A DNA stretch of 64,000 nt from an uncultured Rikenellaceae bacterium (GCA_964595725.1 CAZQRQ010000012.1:994-64993), one strand, 5' to 3'. Positions 28,963-40,651 are shown, counted from the first letter of the stretch. Numbers and translations are program-made. Notes: generated by a model from the sequence alone, not told the origin.

Positions 28963-30279
28963 TTATCTGCCCATAAGCCGGGCTGCATTCCCGCTTTTTG
29001 TAACCATCTTCATCATCTTCCGTGTTTCATCAAACTGTTTCAGAAGCCTGTTCACTTCCTGTATGCTTGTACCGCTTCCATCTGCTATCCTTTTACGCCT
29101 ACCTCCATTCAAAACTGACGGATTACTTCTCTCGTCAGGAGTCATACTCCTTATTATGGCTTCGATACCTTTAAACGCATCATCATCAATATCAAGGTTC
29201 TTAATAGCCTTACCGGCACCGGGTATCATTGACATAAGGTCCTTAATGTTGCCCATTTTCTTTATCTGCTGTATCTGGGCTATGAAGTCGTTGAAATCAA
29301 ACTGGTCCCTGGCTATTTTCTTCTGTAACTTTCTTGCTTCATCGAGGTCATATTGCTCCTGTGCCTTCTCAACCAGTGAGACTATATCCCCCATCCCCAG
29401 TATCCTGTCAGCCATTCTCTGAGGGTGAAAGATATCGATGGCATCCATCTTCTCCCCTGAACTCACAAACTTGATGGGTTTATTAACTACGGACTTTATC
29501 GAAAGCGCGGCACCTCCCCTGGTATCACCATCTAGCTTGGTAAGTACTACTCCATTGAAATCAAGCCTTTCATTAAATTCCTTTGCAGTATTTACGGCGT
29601 CCTGTCCTGTCATTGAATCGACAACGAAAAGTATCTCATGCGGATTCACGGCATTCTTAACAGAAGTTATTTCGTTCATCATCTCCTCGTCGATTGCAAG
29701 GCGCCCGGCAGTATCAATTATCACAACATCATGGCCATTTTTTTTAGCCTCTTTTATTGCATTCCTGGCTATATTCACAGGATTCAGGTTCCCCTCTTCG
29801 GTATAAACGGGTACATCAACCTGCGTACCGATAATCTTAAGCTGTTCGATCGCTGCCGGCCTGTAAACGTCTCCTGCAACAAGTACTGGATTTTTGCCTT
29901 TCCTGGTTTTTACCCATCTGGCAAGTTTTCCGCTAAATGTCGTTTTACCTGATCCCTGAAGTCCTGCAATCAGAATAATGGCAGGATTAATTTTAATATT
30001 AATATCGCTGCTTTCTGCTCCCATCAGATCGACAAGTTCATCATGTACGATCTTGATCATCATCTGCGAAGGGTTGACAGCTGTCAGAACCTGTTGGCCG
30101 AGAGCCTTTTGTTTTACAGTATCGGTAAACTGCTTGGCAATTTTGAAGTTCACATCCGCATCCAGCAGTGCACGGCGGACCTCCTTAAGTGTTTCAGCAA
30201 CATTTATTTCAGTTATCCTTCCCTGGCCCTTTAACAGCTTAAAGGACCTTTCCAGCCTATCACTTAAATTTTCAAACAT
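28963..30279 (-). CDS. ffh: Signal recognition particle protein
   Basis: N-terminal MFENLSDRLERSF, GTPase motifs GLQGSGKTT, DTAGRL and TKLDGDTRGGAALS, and a Met-rich M domain. Confidence 0.96.
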   Translation of the reverse strand: MFENLSDRLERSFKLLKGQGRITEINVAETLKEVRRALLDADVNFKIAKQFTDTVKQKALGQQVLTAVNPSQMMIKIVHDELVDLMGAESSDINIKINPAIILIAGLQGSGKTTFSGKLARWVKTRKGKNPVLVAGDVYRPAAIEQLKIIGTQVDVPVYTEEGNLNPVNIARNAIKEAKKNGHDVVIIDTAGRLAIDEEMMNEITSVKNAVNPHEILFVVDSMTGQDAVNTAKEFNERLDFNGVVLTKLDGDTRGGAALSIKSVVNKPIKFVSSGEKMDAIDIFHPQRMADRILGMGDIVSLVEKAQEQYDLDEARKLQKKIARDQFDFNDFIAQIQQIKKMGNIKDLMSMIPGAGKAIKNLDIDDDAFKGIEAIIRSMTPDERSNPSVLNGGRRKRIADGSGTSIQEVNRLLKQFDETRKMMKMVTKSGNAARLMGR

Positions 30280-30300
30280 GCTATATATCTATTTTCTAAA

Positions 30301-32091
30301 TTACATTCTTTCCGGCATTTCAATACCTAGCAGCCACATACCTTTTTGCAGCACTTCACTGGTCACTCTTGAAACCGTCAGTCTGAAATTTCTCCTTGCA
30401 ACATCCTCTTCACCAAGGATCGACAGATCATGATAGAACTGGTTGTATTCCCTGGCAAGGTCGTAGCAGTAATTTGCAATTACAGACGGGTTATATTCAG
30501 ACGCAGCTTCTGAAACAGACTCTGCGAATAGCCTTATAGTCTTTACCAGTTGAACCTCCTTCGCAAGAGGCAGGTAACCTTCCAGTTCTTTTATATCTTC
30601 CTCAATACCTGCTAATTTAGCTTTCTTGAGTACTGATTTTATCCTGGCGAATGTGTATTGAATAAACGGGCCTGTATTACCGTTAAAATCTATTGATTCC
30701 GTCGGATTGAAAGTCATGTTCTTCCTGGGGTCAACCTTCAGTATGAAGTACTTCAGGGCACCCAGTCCGATTTTACTGAAGATTTCTTCCTTCTCTACCT
30801 CTGTGAAATCATCCAGTTTGCCGAGTTCCAGGGAAACTTCCCTGGCTGTTTCTATTATTTCTGCAATCAAGTCATCGGCGTCAACTACAGTTCCCTCTCT
30901 TGATTTCATTTTACCTTCGGGCAATTCGACCATCCCATATGAAAAATGAATTAATCCCTCTGACCATGGGTATCCCATTTTCTTAAGTATAGCCTTCAAT
31001 ACCTGGAAATGGTAATTCTGTTCATTCCCGACGACATATAAACACTTGTGAAATTTATAATCTCGGTATCTGTGTACGGCAGTCCCGAGATCCTGGGTAA
31101 TATATACGGCTGTTCCGTCTGACCTCAGCAGAAGCTTATGATCCAGGCCCTCAGATGTAAGGTCTGCCCATATTGAGGCATCGCTCTTACGATAGACTAT
31201 TTTCTTTTTCAGAGCATCTGAGACGATTTCCTTTCCATCCTTATACGTTTCAGATTCGTAATATATCTTATCAAAATCCACTCCAAGCCTGGCATATGTC
31301 TCATCAAATCCCTGGTATACCCAATTATTCATCATTTCCCAAAGGTCTACCACCTCTTTGTCACCAGCCTCCCATTTCAGCAGCATTTCTCTTGCTTCTC
31401 CCATCAATGCGGCCGAATTCCTGGCATCCTCTTCCGACATACCTTTTTCTCTTATAAGGGAGTTTACCTGTAATTTGTACTCTTTCTCAAACTTCACATA
31501 ATATTTTCCCACGAGATGGTCGCCTTTCATACCGGACGATGATGGTGTCTCCCCATTACCGAATTTCTTCCAGGCAAGCATTGATTTGCATATATGGATG
31601 CCGCGGTCATTCACAATATTAGTTTTAACAACCTTATGACCGCAGAAAGATAATATCCTGTAAAGAGCAAAGCCAAGCAGGTTGTTCCTGATATGGCCAA
31701 GATGAAGAGGTTTATTGGTATTAGGAGAGGAATATTCAACCATTATAGTCTCTGGGCTTTCAACTTCACAGGCTGAGTCAATAAAATCCTCACTACTCAT
31801 CATTGTAAAATGTTCAATCCACCAGTCATCAGATATAACCAGGTTCAGGAAGCCTTTTATTACATTGTACCGGGCAATTATCCGCGAATTCCTTACCAGA
31901 TAAGAACCGATTAAATCTCCTGTAAGTTCAGGAGTGTTTTTTGAATAGCGCAATAATGGGAAAACGACCAGTGTCAAGTCACCTTCAAACTCTTTGCGTG
32001 TCTTCTGAATCTGAATAACCGACTCATCAACTTCACTTTCGAAAAGTCCTTTTATCGCATCCCTGATTATTCCCCTAAGAAGATATTCCAT
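30301..32091 (-). CDS. argS: Arginine--tRNA ligase
   Basis: YSSPNTNKPLHLGHIRNN (HIGH motif) and a C-terminal DALR anticodon-binding region ending in MPERM. Confidence 0.95.
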   Translation of the reverse strand: MEYLLRGIIRDAIKGLFESEVDESVIQIQKTRKEFEGDLTLVVFPLLRYSKNTPELTGDLIGSYLVRNSRIIARYNVIKGFLNLVISDDWWIEHFTMMSSEDFIDSACEVESPETIMVEYSSPNTNKPLHLGHIRNNLLGFALYRILSFCGHKVVKTNIVNDRGIHICKSMLAWKKFGNGETPSSSGMKGDHLVGKYYVKFEKEYKLQVNSLIREKGMSEEDARNSAALMGEAREMLLKWEAGDKEVVDLWEMMNNWVYQGFDETYARLGVDFDKIYYESETYKDGKEIVSDALKKKIVYRKSDASIWADLTSEGLDHKLLLRSDGTAVYITQDLGTAVHRYRDYKFHKCLYVVGNEQNYHFQVLKAILKKMGYPWSEGLIHFSYGMVELPEGKMKSREGTVVDADDLIAEIIETAREVSLELGKLDDFTEVEKEEIFSKIGLGALKYFILKVDPRKNMTFNPTESIDFNGNTGPFIQYTFARIKSVLKKAKLAGIEEDIKELEGYLPLAKEVQLVKTIRLFAESVSEAASEYNPSVIANYCYDLAREYNQFYHDLSILGEEDVARRNFRLTVSRVTSEVLQKGMWLLGIEMPERM

Positions 32092-32318
32092 TTACTGCAT
32101 TTCTGATTTTCAGCCGCAAATATAACATATTAAAAGCGTGTTAACCAACAAGAAAATTCGAAAACGCATGATTAAGTGAGTGCAAAAATGGCAACCTTAT
32201 GTAAATGGACTGAAATATTTGACTATATACCTCTAGTTTTTGATGAAGGTTATTGAAGAGATAGAAAAGTTGGCTTACATTTGAAGTATATCGTATAGAA
32301 AACCAGGAAAAGCTGACC

Positions 32319-32780
32319 TTGATGAGGGAGTATAACAACTTATTGATTGAACCAACATCCAAAACGCCGCAGATAGATTTTAACAATCTGACAGGAGACC
32401 TGATTTTATCTGGCAGGTCAATACCTGAAAATGCTACAGAATTATACGAACCTCTGTTTTTATGGGTCAACGAATATGTCAAGAAAGCTAAGCCTGTAAC
32501 TAACCTTCGCCTTAATCTGGAGTACTTCAATACAGCATCTTCAATATGGCTAGCTAAAATTGTAAAAAGTCTCAGCAGAATAAAAGACCGTGAAAGTGTA
32601 CTTTTAATTCACCTCTACTTTAATATTGAAGAATATGATTCAATGGAGACTGAGGATATCAGGGATGCCCTGAGTCCTGTTATTGATATTATACATACCT
32701 CAACAATAAGTATTGGAGTCAAGATCTACGGGACAGACGATAAAGGAGATATTCTGAAGGAGTCATTGGTCCTTATTTAG
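32319..32780 (+). CDS. DUF1987 / SiaC-family regulatory phosphoprotein-like protein
   Basis: IEPTSKTPQIDFNNLTGDLILSGRSIPENATELYEPLFLWVNEY is the characteristic DUF1987 N-terminal block. The start could be 32319 or 32322. Confidence 0.65.
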   Translation: MMREYNNLLIEPTSKTPQIDFNNLTGDLILSGRSIPENATELYEPLFLWVNEYVKKAKPVTNLRLNLEYFNTASSIWLAKIVKSLSRIKDRESVLLIHLYFNIEEYDSMETEDIRDALSPVIDIIHTSTISIGVKIYGTDDKGDILKESLVLI

Positions 32781-32865
32781 GTCTTCACGTCCCATATTTA
32801 CATTCTAATCCGTATAGTTTCTAATTTTTTTGGGCTAACTTTATTACCCAAATAAAGCATTTGTC

Positions 32866-34371
32866 ATGCGTCTGTTTTTCTTTCTCATATTTTCAACATT
32901 ATTTGCTATGGAAATTTTTCCACAAAACACAACCATTGACAGGGGGCCGGTTGCAGCCGGCAGTTATTATCCGGCAGATCCTGTAGCCCTGAAGAATGAT
33001 CTCAGACAGCTTTTCGCAGAAAGTGTAAAGACTGATCAAAGAATGGATATAAGAGCTATCATCAGTCCGCATGCAGGTTATGTTTTTTCGGGCGAAGTTG
33101 CGGCCTCTGCATTCTCAGCTATTCCAAAAAACAGAAAGTACAAGAATATCTTTCTTATAGGATCCAGCCACGTTATGGCATTCGAAGGGGCATCAGTATA
33201 TTATTCAGGTGACTTTATAACACCCCTGGGTAAAATTAAGGTCAACAGGGTAATAGCAAATACTCTCCGAAACGGCAATCCCCTGTTCAAATTCAAAACT
33301 GATGCTCATAATCAGGAACACAGCCTCGAGGTCCAGGTTCCTTTTATACAATACTACTTTGAGGATCCCCCTCCGATAATTCCAATTATTATTGGGACAA
33401 ACAACATTGATAATATAAAAAAAATCTCTGAGGCACTAAAGCCTTATTTTACAGAAGATAACCTCTTTGTGATCAGCAGTGACTTTTCACATTATCCGCC
33501 TTACGACCTTGCAAAGGAAGTTGATAAAATCACAGCTGACGCCATAGTATCGAAAGATCCTGATATCTTCCTGGATGCACTTAGAAAGAACGCTTCCAGG
33601 TCAATAAAAGGACTTGCCACGAGTATGTGCGGATGGACTTCCGGATTGTTGCTTCTTTATCTTGCCGAAAATGATCCCGACCTGGAGTTTAAAAAGATTT
33701 CTTATTGCAATTCAGGTGATACGCCATATGGCAACAAAGATGAAGTTGTAGGTTATAATGCGATTATCCTCGAGAATAAGAAAAAGATAAATCCTTCAGC
33801 GAAAAGAGCATCGGAAATGGTTTTTAGTGAGGATGAAACTCAACAGCTTATAGGTATAGCCAGGGAAAGTATAAGGATGATGCTCTATGATAAGAATCAG
33901 TTCAGGATCAACCCGGACAAAATGCCTCCTGCACTGAAGGAGGAGATGGGAGCTTTCGTCACTCTTAAGATAGACGGCGTTTTAAGGGGTTGTATAGGTA
34001 AATTCATCTCTACTGATCCTCTCTGTGAAGTAGTGAGGCAGATGGCCCTGGCATCAGCCTTTGAAGATCACAGGTTCACTCCTCTCACCAAAGAGGAATT
34101 CAATAAGATTGAGATAGAGATCTCCGTTCTTAGTCCTCTAAGAAAAATTGACAATATTTCTGAGATAGTACTTGGGAAGCATGGTATTTACATATCAAAA
34201 GATCTCAGATCCGGGACCATGCTGCCACAGGTTGCTACTGAGAACAACTGGACAGTTGAACAATTCCTCGGCTATACATCACGTGATAAAGCAGGTCTTG
34301 GCTGGGACGGCTGGAAAAATGCTGATATTTACATATATGAGGCTGCAGTGCTTGAAGAAAAACATAAATAA
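32866..34371 (+). CDS. Fused AmmeMemoRadiSam system protein B (Memo-like) and protein A (AMMECR1-like), with a signal-peptide-like N-terminus
   Basis: Memo motifs are SPHAGYVFSG, NQEHSLEVQVPF, SSDFSHY and MCGW. After a short linker comes the AMMECR1 core, GAFVTLKIDGVLRGCIGKF...FEDHRF. The N-terminus MRLFFFLIFSTLFAMEIF is hydrophobic. Confidence 0.85.
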   Translation: MRLFFFLIFSTLFAMEIFPQNTTIDRGPVAAGSYYPADPVALKNDLRQLFAESVKTDQRMDIRAIISPHAGYVFSGEVAASAFSAIPKNRKYKNIFLIGSSHVMAFEGASVYYSGDFITPLGKIKVNRVIANTLRNGNPLFKFKTDAHNQEHSLEVQVPFIQYYFEDPPPIIPIIIGTNNIDNIKKISEALKPYFTEDNLFVISSDFSHYPPYDLAKEVDKITADAIVSKDPDIFLDALRKNASRSIKGLATSMCGWTSGLLLLYLAENDPDLEFKKISYCNSGDTPYGNKDEVVGYNAIILENKKKINPSAKRASEMVFSEDETQQLIGIARESIRMMLYDKNQFRINPDKMPPALKEEMGAFVTLKIDGVLRGCIGKFISTDPLCEVVRQMALASAFEDHRFTPLTKEEFNKIEIEISVLSPLRKIDNISEIVLGKHGIYISKDLRSGTMLPQVATENNWTVEQFLGYTSRDKAGLGWDGWKNADIYIYEAAVLEEKHK

Positions 34372-34373
34372 TT

Positions 34374-36800
34374 ATGTATCATGTATTCAGTACAGGCATA
34401 ACAGCACTGGTTCTGTACCTGCTCAGCTATTCCTTCAGCAGGACAGGATTTTTCAGTCAGGCAGTCCACAGAAAATTCTGGAATTTTATACTTGCTTTAA
34501 CATTCCTGATAACAGCACTTGCAGGAATATTCCTGGCTTTGCAGATAACTTACAAATGGGACATCCCTTTTGTTAAGACCATACTGAAATGGCATGTAGA
34601 GACAGGAATAGGCCTTTCCCTGACAGGCATCTTCCATTTCCTCTGGCACCTGAAGTACTTTGGCAAATTCTATGATTCGAAAGCAGAACCTTCAAAATAT
34701 ATACTTTCCGTAAACATTTCAAAGGAAAGAATAAGGCTTAATCTTTTTGTTATCGGAATCATAAGCACCTCACTGCAGTTATTGATGATGCGAGAAATGA
34801 TGAATATAGCAGGAGGTTATGAGCTGGTGACAGGGGTATTTCTCGGATCATGGCTTGTCACATCGGCCGCCGGATCCGGTATTGCCAGAAAGTCAATCCT
34901 TAACGACGTAAGGGTAATCAATATCATTTTTATTTTCAGCGCTGTCATTTCAATTCTCCTGATGATAGTACTGAGCAGGTTTCTTCTGAGTACCGGAGAA
35001 ACACCATCATTCCTGACAACAATATTTTTCAGTCTGGTTGTTCTTCTACCTTTCTGTTTTACATCTGGGTTTGCATTTATAAAACTTCTTGTGATACAGA
35101 AAGAAATCCATGGTGTGAACAGCGGAAAATCATTTTCAGTTGAAACCTCCGGGGGAATAGTTGCCGGACTTGCTGTCTCCGTACTTACGAGGGGTATAAT
35201 CGATACGTACCAGCTAATTCTGATTTTGATCGTCTCATTCATAATATATTTCCTGTGTGATATTTACAGAGAACGGAAGCCCCTTAAGCTTGTGCTGCAA
35301 TTATCAGGTGTGATTTTTATTGTGATCCTGATACTTTCAAAACCAGATATTTTCTTCAGGCAGCAACTTCTTCCTGGTGTTATAGTTACAGGATCGGAAG
35401 ATACTCCATATGGTAATATCACATTTGCAAGATATGGTGAAGAAAACAGTGTTTATTACAACCACAGGTTGCTTTCTTTCCAGCATAATGAAATTGAGCG
35501 TGAAGAAAACGTCCACTACGCCATGCTGCAATTTCCCCATCCGCACAGTGTGCTGGTAATCTCAGGGGACCTGCAGTCGTGCCTGCAGGAGATAATTAAA
35601 TATCCTGTCGAAAAGATATTTTATGTGGAGAATGATCCAGGGATATTTGACAGGTCAGTTTTGGCCGGAGATGACCTTCCGGGCATTCTGACTGTGGAAA
35701 ACATGGATGCCTATACATTTGTTAGAGAAACAACTGAACATCCTGACGTAGTAATCCTCAACCTGCCACCACCATCAACGCTATCAGTCAACCGCTACTA
35801 TACTGTTGATTTTTTCAGAGAAATAAAGAAAATACTCGGCCCCGGTGGTGTTTTTTCCTGCTCTCCCGGTCCTGGAGAAAATTATTTTAACAAACAGTCT
35901 GCTGAACTATATTCTTCAATTTACAAAAGCCTGCAGATGGTTTTTGAAAATGTGCTCCCCATTGTTGGCAACAAACTATACCTGATAGCATCAGACAGTT
36001 CACTGACGACGTCTATATGCTCACTTGTTGAAAAAAAAAGTATTCATAATTTCTATGTAAGCCCGGATTTTCTTTCAGACAGCGAAATAAAAAGAAAATC
36101 TGAAAATTTTGTCGACATTGTTGATCCTGAGGCAAAGCTAAATACAATTGAAGCACCGGTTGCCTGCTTTCTCTTCCAGTCGTACAGCCTGACCACAAAC
36201 CTGAATGAGCGACTGCCTTCAATAATAATTATTATTCTGGTCTTCCTGACACCTGTAGTTGTTATAAATACTGGTTCAGGAATCAGGATGTTTTCTGCTG
36301 CTGCTGCGCTTTCCGGTTTTGAGATTATTATGCTGCTGGTACTCCAGTCAACCTCCGGGAATATGTACCAGCTCACAGGTCTGATCCTTGCAAGTTTCAT
36401 GGCCGGGCTTGCTTTTGGAGCGCGTTTTAGGACCATCCTGAAATGGAGAGTTCCGGTAAACATCCTGTTCTTGACTCTTATATTGCTTTATCTTATTACA
36501 GGATTTGTAATCAGGGATATTCTTACGTTTGAAAAAAATATAACCATTGTCTCTATAATACTAATATTGTCATTTATATCATCATTCATTACAGGGCATC
36601 TTTTCAATATACTGACTGATAGTTCAGATTCTCCGGCTGAACCGGCAAAGATCTACAGCGCAGACCTGACAGGTTCAGCACTTGGTTTTATCTCTTTATC
36701 AGGAATTGTTTTACCGCTTCTGGGTATTCGTGACTCAATATATTTATTGTCGGCAATAATTTTTGCTGGATTTCTTTTTGGTACAATACGTAACAAATAG
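34374..36800 (+). CDS. Polytopic membrane protein with a central spermidine-synthase-like (class I methyltransferase fold) domain (fused membrane/SpeE-like family)
   Basis: 808 aa. About 10 hydrophobic segments precede and about 6-7 follow a soluble core with SpeE-like blocks (SVLVISGDLQSCLQEIIKYP, PDVVILNLPPPS..NRYYTVDFFREIKKILGPGGVF). It starts 3 nt after the Memo/AMMECR1 stop. Confidence 0.68.
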   Translation: MYHVFSTGITALVLYLLSYSFSRTGFFSQAVHRKFWNFILALTFLITALAGIFLALQITYKWDIPFVKTILKWHVETGIGLSLTGIFHFLWHLKYFGKFYDSKAEPSKYILSVNISKERIRLNLFVIGIISTSLQLLMMREMMNIAGGYELVTGVFLGSWLVTSAAGSGIARKSILNDVRVINIIFIFSAVISILLMIVLSRFLLSTGETPSFLTTIFFSLVVLLPFCFTSGFAFIKLLVIQKEIHGVNSGKSFSVETSGGIVAGLAVSVLTRGIIDTYQLILILIVSFIIYFLCDIYRERKPLKLVLQLSGVIFIVILILSKPDIFFRQQLLPGVIVTGSEDTPYGNITFARYGEENSVYYNHRLLSFQHNEIEREENVHYAMLQFPHPHSVLVISGDLQSCLQEIIKYPVEKIFYVENDPGIFDRSVLAGDDLPGILTVENMDAYTFVRETTEHPDVVILNLPPPSTLSVNRYYTVDFFREIKKILGPGGVFSCSPGPGENYFNKQSAELYSSIYKSLQMVFENVLPIVGNKLYLIASDSSLTTSICSLVEKKSIHNFYVSPDFLSDSEIKRKSENFVDIVDPEAKLNTIEAPVACFLFQSYSLTTNLNERLPSIIIIILVFLTPVVVINTGSGIRMFSAAAALSGFEIIMLLVLQSTSGNMYQLTGLILASFMAGLAFGARFRTILKWRVPVNILFLTLILLYLITGFVIRDILTFEKNITIVSIILILSFISSFITGHLFNILTDSSDSPAEPAKIYSADLTGSALGFISLSGIVLPLLGIRDSIYLLSAIIFAGFLFGTIRNK

Positions 36801-36836
36801 TAGTTTTATTATCGGTAAATCCTGTTCCCCGGTTTA

Positions 36837-37973
36837 ATGAAAGAACATTCCTTCAATAAAAGCAAACGAGATTTTATCAGGAAGTGTGCAGCACTTTCCG
36901 CGGGGTTTGTGATAGGACCTGATAAGCTTGGTTTTTCAGAATATACTGGAAACATGAAAGATCCTTACAGAAGATTAGCGATGTTCCAGGAAGAAACTCC
37001 GCGTGGGACAATATGTTTAATCTGTCCGAATGAATGTGTTCTTAAAGAGGGCGAATTGAGTCAATGCAATAACCGTATAGTATATAAATCAAAGCTTTAC
37101 ACAATGGCATACGGTAATCCATGTTCAGTAAATATAGATCCCGTGGAAAAGAAGCCTCTTTATCATTTTTATCCGGGCACGACTGCATTTTCAATAGCAA
37201 CAGCAGGCTGTAACCTTGCCTGCCTTAATTGCCAGAACTGGACCATATCCCAGACAACCCCTCAGAAGACAACGAATATTGAACTACCACCTGAACAGGT
37301 TGTTGAAGAATGCTTAAAAAGCAGAAGCAAATCAATAGCATATACATACTCTGAGCCAGTCACTTTTTATGAGTATGCATTTGAAACAGCAACTATCGCA
37401 AGATCAAGAGGTGTCAAGAATGTCTTTAAATCGAACGGCTATATCAATCCTGAACCTCTAAGAAAAATGTGCGGTGTACTCGATGCAGCCAATATTGATC
37501 TTAAGGCGATGTCTGAAAGCACCTACCTTAAACTCTCTGGTGGCAAGCTTCAACCGGTTTTGGACAGTCTCAAGATTTACAGGGACGAAGGAGTATGGCT
37601 TGAGATTACAAACCTTATCGTGCCAAACTGGACAGATAACAAAGATGAAATAAGAAAGATGTGCAAGTGGTTGTATCAAAACGGATTTTCCGAGACCCCG
37701 ATCCATTTCAGCAGGTTTTACCCTGTTTATAAGTTACAGCAGGTACCTCCCACACCGCTTGAAATATTAAATACGGCTGCTTCTATTGCCGCCGACGAAG
37801 GTCTTAATTACATATATGTCGGCAATGTACCGGGAAATGATATGGCAGATACGAAGTGTCCATCTTGTGGCAAGACCCTGATTAGCAGGCAGGGATTCCG
37901 GGTGGTGTCAAATAAAGTTGAGAATGGTAATTGCTACTCGTGCGGCAAGAAAGTTGCTGGTGTCTGGGAATGA
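36837..37973 (+). CDS. AmmeMemoRadiSam system radical SAM enzyme (PFL-activase-like)
   Basis: CNLACLNCQNW is the CX3CX2C radical SAM cluster motif. There is an N-terminal Cys cluster (CLICPNEC...C) and a C-terminal CPSCG...CYSCG ribbon. It sits in an operon with the Memo/AMMECR1 gene. Confidence 0.85.
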   Translation: MKEHSFNKSKRDFIRKCAALSAGFVIGPDKLGFSEYTGNMKDPYRRLAMFQEETPRGTICLICPNECVLKEGELSQCNNRIVYKSKLYTMAYGNPCSVNIDPVEKKPLYHFYPGTTAFSIATAGCNLACLNCQNWTISQTTPQKTTNIELPPEQVVEECLKSRSKSIAYTYSEPVTFYEYAFETATIARSRGVKNVFKSNGYINPEPLRKMCGVLDAANIDLKAMSESTYLKLSGGKLQPVLDSLKIYRDEGVWLEITNLIVPNWTDNKDEIRKMCKWLYQNGFSETPIHFSRFYPVYKLQQVPPTPLEILNTAASIAADEGLNYIYVGNVPGNDMADTKCPSCGKTLISRQGFRVVSNKVENGNCYSCGKKVAGVWE

Positions 37974-37999
37974 TTTTTCAAATATGATCACATCTTTAA

Positions 38000-40021
<2,022 letters not shown>

Positions 40022-40070
40022 TAATGTTCTTGTGTGATCAACATTTAATAAAAAAAACTAGGTTTGCATC

Positions 40071-40640
40071 ATGGCAATGCTCAGGAAGTTCCGTTTAAAC
40101 AGAGGCAGGGCGACCCTCCGTAAGAAATTCGCAAGAATTAAAAGGGTGATATTCACAGGCAACATCTCAAACGCCAAAACAATGGGATTAGTCTGGGATG
40201 CGACCAAATCTGATGATTTTACGGTTCTGTCCAGATTCCATCAAAAAATGCTTGAAAGAAACATTGACCTCAGCATTATAAGCTATTATCCCGGCAAGGA
40301 ACTTCCAGACCGGATCACTGCAATCAGATACCTGACCTGTCTAAAACAGCAGGATCTGAATTATTTCTACAGGCCTTCCAGCCCTGAGGCAGAGCAATTC
40401 ATAAAAAAACCTTTGGACATCCTTATAGATCTTAATTTCAAGAACATTTTTCCGCTGGAGTATATTTCCTCCCTTTCAAAGGCGGGATTTAAAGTCGGCA
40501 TATTCAACAATAAATACCAGAATAATCCTTTTGATCTTATGATGGAGGTCCGAACTACTACCAATATTGAGGAGTACCTTGACCAGGTGATTCATTATCT
40601 TGAGATGATCAATACTGGTAAACCAAAAAAAACTGAATAA
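40071..40640 (+). CDS. Hypothetical protein (conserved-looking, basic N-terminus)
   Basis: 189-aa ORF with normal coding composition, lying between ligA and dapA. No motif I can name with confidence. Confidence 0.55.
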   Translation: MAMLRKFRLNRGRATLRKKFARIKRVIFTGNISNAKTMGLVWDATKSDDFTVLSRFHQKMLERNIDLSIISYYPGKELPDRITAIRYLTCLKQQDLNYFYRPSSPEAEQFIKKPLDILIDLNFKNIFPLEYISSLSKAGFKVGIFNNKYQNNPFDLMMEVRTTTNIEEYLDQVIHYLEMINTGKPKKTE

Positions 40641-40651
40641 TATTAAGACCT

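Noticed and set aside
28949-30433. Plus-strand ORFs 28949..29422, 29438..29806, 29638..29952 and 29978..30433
   Set aside because: They are antisense to ffh, whose GTPase and M-domain motifs are intact. The translations are Ser/Leu/Ile-rich shadows.
32141-32530. Minus-strand 129-aa ORF overlapping the start of the DUF1987 gene
   Set aside because: It has no recognisable family, overlaps a gene with a recognisable domain, and would leave argS without a promoter region.
36031-36039. A9 homopolymer inside the SpeE-like membrane protein gene as a phase-variation switch
   Set aside because: Unlike the dnaX A10 tract, there is no supporting context such as a domain boundary or hairpin. Poly-A encoding Lys runs (EKKS) is common in this AT-rich genome. 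It cannot be evaluated without population reads.
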